From Alistipes sp. (GTDB taxonomy: Bacteria; Bacteroidota; Bacteroidia; Bacteroidales; Rikenellaceae), in contig JAZOOI010000024.1 in assembly GCA_045654925.1 (NCBI GenBank), forward strand, positions 1,552-65,551: a stretch of DNA of 64,000 nucleotides, read 5' to 3'. Shown here piece after piece: positions 56,085 through 64,000 of this stretch (the first letter of the stretch is position 1; each line of letters opens with the position of its first letter). Under the pieces are notes generated by a model that saw nothing but the letters and a program-made list of their open reading frames with translations, was not told where the DNA came from and did not search any database. Made by a program: the position numbers and the translations under genes.

Positions 56085-57425
56085 ATGTCTCTTGTTGAGA
56101 AGTTTCGTAGCTATGTAGCCCACGAAGGGCTCTTCACGCATGACGACAACCTCCTCCTCGCAGTGTCGGGAGGTGTCGACTCCATGGTGTTGATGAGTCT
56201 TGTTCGCGCGGCTGGCTATCGCTTTGCTGTTGCTCATTGCAACTTCCACCTTCGTGGCGAGGAGAGTGATGGCGACGAGCTTCTTGTTGAGAGTGAGGTG
56301 CGCAAAATAGGCGCTCCATACCATGTGACGCACTTCGATACCTATGGCGAGGTGGCCTCTACGGGAGAGTCTGTAGAGATGGCTGCCCGTCGTCTGCGCT
56401 ACGCCTGGTTTGATGAGCTGTGTAATGCGCATGGCTATTCGGTAGTAGTCATTGCTCACCATATTGATGACTCCATTGAGACATACTTTATAAACATGTT
56501 GCGTGGTACGGGTGCCCGTGGCCTCGCGGGTATCGCCTCTCGCAATGGACGCATTGTTCGCCCCCTGTTATTTGCTACACGTGAGGATATCGAGATGTAT
56601 GCCACACAAAACGAGATACCATTCAGGGTAGACTCATCGAATATGTCGATGAAACATCTCCGTAATCGTGTGCGTCATGAGGTTGTGCCAATGCTTAAGG
56701 AGATAAATCCGCAGTTTACCTCAATCATGCAGCGCAACATGACACACCTCGGTCAGGCACAGAGCTTTATCGATGCCGCGATGGCCATCATCAAGCGCAC
56801 GATACTTACAGAGTCGCGCGGTGTATATAGCCTTGATATAGCTGCTATAGATGCATCTTTGCCTCGTAACTTCGTGATATATGAGATTCTGAGTTCCGAG
56901 TTTGGCTTTAGACGCGAGGTGGTGTCGGACATCTGCACGGCTATAGATAACGGCGCTACGGGACGACGTTTCTTAGCCTCTAATAGAGTAGCTGTAGTCG
57001 ATAGGGATGTCATTCTCATTATGCCAATTGCGGAGGATAATGATGTTGAGATTAGTGTAGGCTGCGATACGACATCGACTATGCTTGGCGATATGCAGTT
57101 TACGTTCGATACGCTTGATAGGAAGAGCATCGAAACCCTTAATCAGGGCGCTTATGTGGCACTTATTGACGCCGATAAGGTCTCTTTCCCGCTCACTATT
57201 CGCCGTTGGCGTGAGGGTGATACCATGGTGCCATTTGGCATGACGGGGCGTAAGAAGATTAGCGATATGCTTATTGATGCTAAGGTGTCGCTTGCTGATA
57301 AGCGTGAGCAGTATGTGTTGCTATCGGGTGGTGATGTTGCATGGCTCGTAGGTCGCAGAATTGATAATAGATACGCAGTTAAAAAAGAGACATCGAGGGT
57401 ACTTCGCGTAACCATCTCACGATAA
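56085..57425 (+). CDS. tilS: tRNA(Ile)-lysidine synthetase
   Basis: AVSGGVDSM, ARRLRY, AHHIDD, RPLL, RNRVRH. Confidence 0.95.
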   Translation: MSLVEKFRSYVAHEGLFTHDDNLLLAVSGGVDSMVLMSLVRAAGYRFAVAHCNFHLRGEESDGDELLVESEVRKIGAPYHVTHFDTYGEVASTGESVEMAARRLRYAWFDELCNAHGYSVVVIAHHIDDSIETYFINMLRGTGARGLAGIASRNGRIVRPLLFATREDIEMYATQNEIPFRVDSSNMSMKHLRNRVRHEVVPMLKEINPQFTSIMQRNMTHLGQAQSFIDAAMAIIKRTILTESRGVYSLDIAAIDASLPRNFVIYEILSSEFGFRREVVSDICTAIDNGATGRRFLASNRVAVVDRDVILIMPIAEDNDVEISVGCDTTSTMLGDMQFTFDTLDRKSIETLNQGAYVALIDADKVSFPLTIRRWREGDTMVPFGMTGRKKISDMLIDAKVSLADKREQYVLLSGGDVAWLVGRRIDNRYAVKKETSRVLRVTISR

Positions 57426-57443
57426 TAATTTTGTATTATAACT

Positions 57444-58526
57444 ATGGCTAAGACTCAAGGATTTGGTGCTTGTTTGTCATCGTATAACTCTATTATGGCA
57501 GATATCGAGGCACGTCGCTTCAGCCCCATATATCTACTCTGTGGCGATGAGGGCTACTTCATCGATGCCATCGCTGATAAGCTCGCTAACACAATCCTCA
57601 ATGAGGCTGAGCGTTCATTTAATCAGATTGTGGCCTATGGCCTTGATAGTGACGCGGGCAAAATTGTCAATCTATGCCGCCAGATGCCAATGATGGGTGC
57701 CTATGAGGTAATTATACTCAAAGAAGCACAGCAGCTTTCGAAGATCGAAAATCTCGTTCACTATACCTCGTCACCACAGTCGTCGACAATCCTTATTATC
57801 TGTTATAAGAATAAGGAGCAGGGTAGAGGCATAGATAAGCGCACATCGTTCTATAAGAGTTGCGCCAAGAGTGGTGTTGTCTTTGAGTCGGTGCGTCCTC
57901 GTGAGTATGAGATTGATGCGTGGCTCTCAGGATATATTGCAAATAAGGGGATGAAGATCGATCCTAAGGCTATGGCCATGCTCAAGGAACACGTGGGTAT
58001 GGATCTTGGTCGCATGACGCGCGAGGTCGACAAACTTGCCGTGTCTATGCCTGCAAATGAGCGAAATATCACCGATGCGCATATTGAGGAGTTTATTGGA
58101 CTATCGAAGGAGTTTAATACCTTTGAGCTTAACGATGCTATACTTAAGCAGGATGTGGCTCGTGCAATGCGTATTGCCGACCATTTTGGGCGTAACCCTA
58201 AGAGCTACCCTGTGACGCTGACTATCACGATACTCTTTGGACTCTTCCAGCAGATATTCCTGCTCAACTACTATATGTGGAATTGTCGTCGTCGCAACCT
58301 CCCAATGCCTTCGGATAATGAACTTATGGCTGCTATACGCGTTAATAACCCATATGCTCTGCGCGAGATAAAGTCCAATATTGGACGATGGAATAACCGT
58401 CGTGTATTCAAGATTTTAGGACTATTGCGCGAGTATGATGCCAAGAGTAAGGGTGTTGATAGCGGTGGCTTGGATGGCGGTCAGCTACTCAATGAGTTGT
58501 TGTTGAAGATATTCGCTTCGGAGTAA
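57444..58526 (+). CDS. holA: DNA polymerase III delta subunit
   Basis: PIYLLCGDEGYFID, ERSFNQ, PMMG, KEAQ, GLSKEFNTFEL. Confidence 0.9.
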   Translation: MAKTQGFGACLSSYNSIMADIEARRFSPIYLLCGDEGYFIDAIADKLANTILNEAERSFNQIVAYGLDSDAGKIVNLCRQMPMMGAYEVIILKEAQQLSKIENLVHYTSSPQSSTILIICYKNKEQGRGIDKRTSFYKSCAKSGVVFESVRPREYEIDAWLSGYIANKGMKIDPKAMAMLKEHVGMDLGRMTREVDKLAVSMPANERNITDAHIEEFIGLSKEFNTFELNDAILKQDVARAMRIADHFGRNPKSYPVTLTITILFGLFQQIFLLNYYMWNCRRRNLPMPSDNELMAAIRVNNPYALREIKSNIGRWNNRRVFKILGLLREYDAKSKGVDSGGLDGGQLLNELLLKIFASE

Positions 58527-58540
58527 TTGTTTTTCGTTGT

Positions 58541-59305
58541 ATGAGATATTTGGCATGGATAGATGGTAGGGTGGTTGAAGCTTCGCAGCTTCGACAAGAT
58601 ATGCCGTATGTCATGCAACGTATACATACGCTTGGTGGCTGTGTTTATAATGCTAATAATCACCTATTTGTGCTGCGTGAGGCCTCGGAATATCTCTTCT
58701 CGTTTGCCTCGCTGATTACGCCCTCTGGTGTGGAGCGTATCGTCGCAAAGTTGCTTGATTGTGCATATGCGCCTTTGGAGTGTAGTGTTCCTGTTGTCAT
58801 GCGTCTATATGCCGATGGCTCATTGTCGTTTGAGGTGGAGGCTCCGACGTATGGTCGTGGAGCCTATCTTCGCGCTAAGCGATATGTCGGTGTTGAGATT
58901 GAGCATTCGCGACCACTACCCATCATGGCACAGTGCTCGGAGAGTTGTGCTGCGGATGTGATGACCGAGCGTAGAGTCTACCATCTTGGCGGTGATATTG
59001 CTCTATGGACAGATGCTGAAGGAAACCTTATTAGTCTTCCATGGAGACCTCTGTTTGTCTACTATAAAGGTGTTATTTTTACACCTCAAGAGTTTCATTC
59101 TGTCGAGTATCGCATGGCCTCGAAGGCTATTGCTGCAGCTGGATATGAGCTTCGTGTGCGAGCCATATCGAGTTCGGCGCTGACCATGATCGATGAGCTA
59201 TTTATGGTCGATGTCATGGGTGTGTCGTCGCTTGGCGCAGCAAGAAAACATAGGCTCCAATCATCTGTGGCTATTCGTGTTGCCAAGATGATGGAGCCCA
59301 AGTAG
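58541..59305 (+). CDS. Aminotransferase class IV-like (PabC/IlvE fold), degenerate
   Basis: Overall layout (WIDG, DAEGNL, LFVYYKGVIFTP, IDELF) resembles class IV enzymes, but the catalytic motifs are not evident. Confidence 0.55.
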   Translation: MRYLAWIDGRVVEASQLRQDMPYVMQRIHTLGGCVYNANNHLFVLREASEYLFSFASLITPSGVERIVAKLLDCAYAPLECSVPVVMRLYADGSLSFEVEAPTYGRGAYLRAKRYVGVEIEHSRPLPIMAQCSESCAADVMTERRVYHLGGDIALWTDAEGNLISLPWRPLFVYYKGVIFTPQEFHSVEYRMASKAIAAAGYELRVRAISSSALTMIDELFMVDVMGVSSLGAARKHRLQSSVAIRVAKMMEPK

Positions 59306-59324
59306 CTACTTAAATATCTGATAT

Positions 59325-60404
59325 TTAGATATTGTCAATGGCGTAGAGATATGCGCCCAGCGATACGGCGTTGCTTGCACCAATATCCGATATGGTAATA
59401 CCCACTCTCTTCTCTGGGTCGTAGACAACCTCCTCATCGCTTCCATATACCTTTATCTTTGTTGAGTTGCCCTTCGCAAACTTCGCGAACTCCTCCTCAT
59501 CGTCGAGGTTGTAGACGCTCATCTGTACACGGTTGAGTGTGTCGCCTGAGAGGGTGTTTATCTTACCACGCATCTCCTCGATGAGCGCTGGCATGAAGTA
59601 CTTTGATGCACCGGCTAAACCACCGCCAATGACAATCACACCATCCATCAATGTCACGGCTGTTGCCATGGCGTCGCCTGCTACGCGACCCAGCGTCGCG
59701 AAGGCCTCCTTTGCGGCCTCAATATCTCCTTCTGTGTTACCCTCGGCAATGTTGTATATGTCGCGTGGCTCAAGCTCTCTTGGGTCGTTTGATAGCTCCT
59801 TGTAAACACGTTTTACGGCGCGAATAGCAACGCCATCCTCGACGATAATATTGGCGTTGTCGCGGTGCTTTAGACAGAATGTCTCAACGCACGAATTGTC
59901 GCCACGATTTAGCTTGCCATCCATTACAAAACCAAATCCGAAACCCGTACCGAACGTATAACCTAAAAGGTTGCGATAGCGCTTGTTAGACCCTGCTGCC
60001 TCAAGTTTTTTATTGATGCGTGGTAGCGCTCCTCCCATAGCTTCACCATAGGCAAAAAGGTCGGCATCGTTGTTGATAAAAACGGGTATCTTAAACTCTC
60101 TTTCGAGGATTGGACCAAGGGCTACACCATCTCTGAACGATGGGAAGTTTGGAAGGTAGCCGCCGATGATGCCATTGCGGTAGTCGGCGGGTCCAGGGAA
60201 GGCGAAACTGATTGCCGCAGGTCTCTCAGGAAGAGCCTCTATAACCTCTCTAAAACCACGAATAAGGGTATTGATGCATAGGTCGAGGTCGTGTGCTGAT
60301 GATGGCAGTGTTAGTGGCTGGCCAATGACCTTGCCGTCGGCCATTGCTGCAAATACGAAATTTGTTCCGCCCGCATCGAGCGTCACTACAATTGGATTAT
60401 TCAT
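59325..60404 (-). CDS. ROK family sugar kinase
   Basis: TLDAGGTNF, AFPGPADY, NNDADLFAYGE, GTGFG, IGGG. Confidence 0.9.
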   Translation of the reverse strand: MNNPIVVTLDAGGTNFVFAAMADGKVIGQPLTLPSSAHDLDLCINTLIRGFREVIEALPERPAAISFAFPGPADYRNGIIGGYLPNFPSFRDGVALGPILEREFKIPVFINNDADLFAYGEAMGGALPRINKKLEAAGSNKRYRNLLGYTFGTGFGFGFVMDGKLNRGDNSCVETFCLKHRDNANIIVEDGVAIRAVKRVYKELSNDPRELEPRDIYNIAEGNTEGDIEAAKEAFATLGRVAGDAMATAVTLMDGVIVIGGGLAGASKYFMPALIEEMRGKINTLSGDTLNRVQMSVYNLDDEEEFAKFAKGNSTKIKVYGSDEEVVYDPEKRVGITISDIGASNAVSLGAYLYAIDNI

Positions 60405-60657
60405 AATCGTTAGGTTCATTTATACTCAGACAAAGGTAGTGATATTTTTTCTTTTTGACAAATGTGGTAAAAAACACCCCTTTTTTTTATTAAATATGTT
60501 GTGTTGGGTTTTGATATTTGGAAAAATAGACATATATTTGTGAGAATTTTTTAAGGGGTGCACGTTCTGTGGTTTTTGTGAGTATGTATTACCCCGTTGT
60601 TATGGATTGACGATAATTAGAAAATTATATACAAAATAACTTAAAATTTATTGAACT

Positions 60658-61269
60658 ATGGAGAATAAGAAACTTCAGGAGCTTACCCAAAAACTCTATA
60701 ATGAGGGTTTGGAGAAGGGTCGCTCAGAGGCTGATCGCCTTGTGGCTGATGCTAAAGAGGAGGCTGCTCGCATCCTTGCTGACGCTAAGGCTGAGGCTGA
60801 GGTAATCGCTAAGGCTGCCGAGGCTCGTGCTGAGGATATTGCAAAGAACGCAATGACTGAGATTGCACTTGCGGGTCGTCAGGCTGTGTCTAAGATTAAG
60901 AGTGAGATTGTCGAGGCAATCATCCTCAAGACCACAGGTGAGGCTGTTAAGGCTGCTACAGCAGATGCTGCATTCGTTAAGGATATGTTGCTCGCTGTAG
61001 CTAATAACTGGAACGCTTCAACTACTGATGTTTCATTGAAGGCCCTCTTGCCAGAGGATAAGCGTGCTGAGCTCGATGCCACTATGCAGCAGGCAGCAGC
61101 TGAATTGTTGAAGGCTGGCGTAGAGGTTGGCTACTCAAAGGAGGTTAAGAACGGCTTCAAGGTGGGCGAGAAGAATGGTGGCTACTACATCTCGTTTACC
61201 GATGAGAGTTTCGACGCTCTTTTCAAGGAGTATTTGCGCGAGAAGGTTTCTAACATGCTTTATAAGTAA
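60658..61269 (+). CDS. V-type ATP synthase subunit E
   Basis: KLQELTQKLYNEGLEKG coiled coil; GGYYISFTD; first gene of the V-ATPase operon. Confidence 0.85.
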   Translation: MENKKLQELTQKLYNEGLEKGRSEADRLVADAKEEAARILADAKAEAEVIAKAAEARAEDIAKNAMTEIALAGRQAVSKIKSEIVEAIILKTTGEAVKAATADAAFVKDMLLAVANNWNASTTDVSLKALLPEDKRAELDATMQQAAAELLKAGVEVGYSKEVKNGFKVGEKNGGYYISFTDESFDALFKEYLREKVSNMLYK

Positions 61270-61274
61270 AAACG

Positions 61275-62117
61275 ATGTTTGCTACGGAGTACTACTATTT
61301 GGTTGCGGGCCTACGTGAGTGGACGTTGGACTCAGATACCAAGGGCTTCGATGCTCGTGAGATTATCGACGATATTGTCGAGGAGCTCACGAAGCGCGAT
61401 CGTGAGGCTGTGCGTTTGCTCTATGCCTACTACGATTGCGAGAACATCATTGCTTATTATGTGAAGCGCGATCGTCACAATCCACTCGGTAACCTCTCAA
61501 AGGAGGATGTTGAGGCTGTGATGGTCGAGCGTAACTACTCGATGCTCCCTAAGCGCATGGCTACCGTTGTTAAGAACTACTTGGAGGTCGACGATGATGA
61601 CCGCGATGAGGATGTCGTTCTTGACGATAGCTTTGAGCATGCGCTCTATGAGGCCTACTATGAGGAGTTGGCGCACTCTAAGTGTCGCTTCCTTAAGGGC
61701 TGGGGTGAGTTCGATCGTAACCTTCGTAATATAGCTGCTGGTGTAGCTGCTCGTGAGGCGGGTCGTACTGTTGCCGATGTTGTTGTTGGTGATGGCGATG
61801 TCGTGGAGCAGTTGAAGCGCTCGTCGGCTGCAGACTTCGGTCTTCGTGGCGAGTTGCCATATATCGATGCGGTGATTACGGCGGTTAGTGATGAGCGTAA
61901 TATTGTTGAGAAGGAGCGCAAGATTGATGCTATCCGTTGGTCGGAGGCTGAGGAGATTGCGGTGTTCGACTTCTTCAATATTAACTATATCCTCTCATAC
62001 CTTGTTAAGGTAAACATCGTTGCGCGTTGGATGATGCTCTCGCCAGAGGTTGGTCGCGAGATGCTCAATAAGCTTATGCGTGACTTGGATGCCAAGGAGC
62101 TTGTGAATAAACAATAA
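61275..62117 (+). CDS. DUF2764 family protein (V-ATPase subunit C-like)
   Basis: YYYLVAGL N-terminus; position between subunits E and A. Confidence 0.8.
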   Translation: MFATEYYYLVAGLREWTLDSDTKGFDAREIIDDIVEELTKRDREAVRLLYAYYDCENIIAYYVKRDRHNPLGNLSKEDVEAVMVERNYSMLPKRMATVVKNYLEVDDDDRDEDVVLDDSFEHALYEAYYEELAHSKCRFLKGWGEFDRNLRNIAAGVAAREAGRTVADVVVGDGDVVEQLKRSSAADFGLRGELPYIDAVITAVSDERNIVEKERKIDAIRWSEAEEIAVFDFFNINYILSYLVKVNIVARWMMLSPEVGREMLNKLMRDLDAKELVNKQ

Positions 62118-62134
62118 AAACATACGATAAACGA

Positions 62135-63889
62135 ATGAAAACATTAGGACGTGTAAACGGTATTATCTCAAACATCGTTATCGCCAAGGTTGACGGTGCG
62201 GTGGGCCAGAATGAGATATGCTACGTGTATTGTGGTGACACCCGCATGATGGCGGAGGTTATCAAAGTCATAGGCGATGAGGCCTATGTACAGGTCTACG
62301 ATAGCACACGCGGTCTAAAGATAGGTGATAAGGTGGAGTTCGAGGGTCACATGCTCGAGGCTACCTTGGCTCCAGGTCTTTTGTCGCGTAACTACGATGG
62401 TCTTCAGAACGACTTGGAGAAGATGGATGGCTTGTTCATCAATCGTGGTTCTATCACCGAGCCTATCGACTTCGAGAAGAAGTGGGAGTTCTCTCCAATT
62501 GCTAAGATGGGTGATAAGGTGTCAGCTGGTGCTTGGCTTGGTGAGGTTAAGGAGCAGTGGGTTATGCATAAGATTATGGTGCCTTTCGTTATGCAGGGCG
62601 CCTATACAGTGAAGATTGTCGCTGCCGCTGGTGAGTATAAGGTTACTGATACCATCGCTGTTATTGTCGATGCAGATGGTAATGAGTACAATATCACAAT
62701 GGTTCAGAAGTGGCCAGTAAAGCAGGCTATCCGCTGCTTTACCGAGAAGCCTCGTCCTTCACGCGTTATGGAGACTGGTGTTCGAGCTATCGACACCTTC
62801 AATCCATTGGCTGAGGGTGGTACAGGCTTTATTCCTGGTCCTTTCGGTGCTGGTAAGACCGTGCTTCAGCATGCTATCTCTAAGCAGGCCGACGCTGATG
62901 TCATCATCATCGTAGCTTGTGGTGAGCGTGCAAATGAGGTTGTGGAGATCTTCGCTGAGTTCCCTGAGTTGGTTGACCCACGTACAGGCCATAAACTTAT
63001 GGAGCGTACAATCATCATCTGTAATACCTCAAACATGCCTGTTGCTGCGCGTGAGGCATCTGTATACACTGGTATGACTATCGGTGAGTACTATCGATCA
63101 ATGGGTTTGAAGGTGTTGGTAATGGCGGACTCTACTTCACGTTGGGCTCAGGCTTTGCGTGAGATGTCTAACCGTTTGGAGGAGCTTCCAGGTCAGGATG
63201 CCTTCCCAATGGACTTGTCAGCTATCATCTCTAACTTCTATGCCCGTGCAGGTTTGGTGAAGCTCAACAATGGCGCTACTGGTTCTGTAACATTCCTTGG
63301 TACTGTATCACCTGCGGGTGGTAACCTTAAGGAGCCTGTTACTGAGTCTACAAAGAAGGCTGCACGTTGCTTCTACGCTTTGTCACAGAGTCGTGCGGAC
63401 TCTAAGCGTTATCCAGCTATCGATCCACTCGACTCATACTCTAAGTATTTGGAGTACCCTGAGGTACGTTCATACCTCGATGAGCATATCGAGAAGAATT
63501 GGGTAGATGCAGTATATGAGGGTAAGACTATCGTACAGCGTGGTAAGGAGGCTAACGACCAGATCAACATCCTTGGTGATGATGGTGTACCTGTAGAGTA
63601 CCACGAGCGTTTCTGGAAGAGCGAGTTGCTTGACTCTGTAATCTTGCAGCAGGATGCCTTCGACTCTATTGATGCTAACTGCCCAATCGAGCGTCAGCAG
63701 GTTATGTATAATATGGTATTGGATATTTGTCGCAAGTCGTTCGACTTGGCCGACTTCGATGAGTGCTCGAAGTTCTTCAAGGAGCTTATCTACTTGTTCC
63801 GTCAGATGAACTACTCGGAGTGGAAGTCTGCTCAGTTCGATGAGTTCCGCCAGAAGATTGAGGCTTTGGTTAATGAGAAACTTGCATAA
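62135..63889 (+). CDS. V-type ATP synthase subunit A
   Basis: GPFGAGKT, ACGERANE, NTSNMPVAAREAS, ADSTSRWAQALRE. Confidence 0.96.
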   Translation: MKTLGRVNGIISNIVIAKVDGAVGQNEICYVYCGDTRMMAEVIKVIGDEAYVQVYDSTRGLKIGDKVEFEGHMLEATLAPGLLSRNYDGLQNDLEKMDGLFINRGSITEPIDFEKKWEFSPIAKMGDKVSAGAWLGEVKEQWVMHKIMVPFVMQGAYTVKIVAAAGEYKVTDTIAVIVDADGNEYNITMVQKWPVKQAIRCFTEKPRPSRVMETGVRAIDTFNPLAEGGTGFIPGPFGAGKTVLQHAISKQADADVIIIVACGERANEVVEIFAEFPELVDPRTGHKLMERTIIICNTSNMPVAAREASVYTGMTIGEYYRSMGLKVLVMADSTSRWAQALREMSNRLEELPGQDAFPMDLSAIISNFYARAGLVKLNNGATGSVTFLGTVSPAGGNLKEPVTESTKKAARCFYALSQSRADSKRYPAIDPLDSYSKYLEYPEVRSYLDEHIEKNWVDAVYEGKTIVQRGKEANDQINILGDDGVPVEYHERFWKSELLDSVILQQDAFDSIDANCPIERQQVMYNMVLDICRKSFDLADFDECSKFFKELIYLFRQMNYSEWKSAQFDEFRQKIEALVNEKLA

Positions 63890-63907
63890 TTTCAAGGAGG
63901 ACAAGTT

Positions 63908-64000
63908 ATGACAACACGAGCATTTCAGAAAGTATATACAAAGATTGATAATATCACCAAGGCTACTATCACGCTTCGTGCTACAGGCGTAGGTAACGAC
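63908..64000 (+). CDS. V-type ATP synthase subunit B (partial)
   Basis: MTTRAFQKVYTKIDNITKATITLRATGVGND, directly after subunit A. Confidence 0.85.
   Translation, partial: MTTRAFQKVYTKIDNITKATITLRATGVGND

Noticed and set aside
1-64000. tRNA, rRNA, transposase, integrase, prophage or defence genes
   Set aside because: None recognised by eye or in the ORF track.

Overview
This is mostly core chromosome of a Bacteroidales bacterium, probably Rikenellaceae/Alistipes-like. That assignment is inferred from TAnnTTTG -7 promoter boxes, the lack of Shine-Dalgarno motifs and the gene content. Housekeeping genes include gyrA, deoD, secG, rpsF-rpsR-rplI, bamD-rpoZ-coaBC-recN, tsaB-smpB, dnaG, mltG, murB-tilS-holA and V-type ATPase subunits E/(C-like)/A/B. 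The window also carries a PiT phosphate transporter divergent from a PhoB/PhoR-like two-component pair, an RND efflux operon, the SRP RNA, and a TPP riboswitch ahead of a TonB receptor-pnuC thiamine uptake unit. The standout region is the ~1.85 kb intergenic block at 3410-5260. Inverted REP-like palindromes bracket a cargo of three parts: (i) a 365-bp AT-rich segment with 42-bp terminal inverted repeats, (ii) an HTH-encoding 3' gene end, and (iii) nine conserved 20-bp quasi-palindromic repeats at ~57-bp period with diverged spacers. The array has CRISPR-like dimensions but no cas genes, and its spacers are related to each other. Other notable items are a candidate sigma54-dependent sRNA between smpB and dnaG, an A10/A_AAA_AAG slippery site at the CoaC/CoaB junction, a repeat insertion in the TPP riboswitch P3, and a dispersed 9-bp-periodic hairpin family. 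All functional calls come from motif recognition by eye; no database searches were run.
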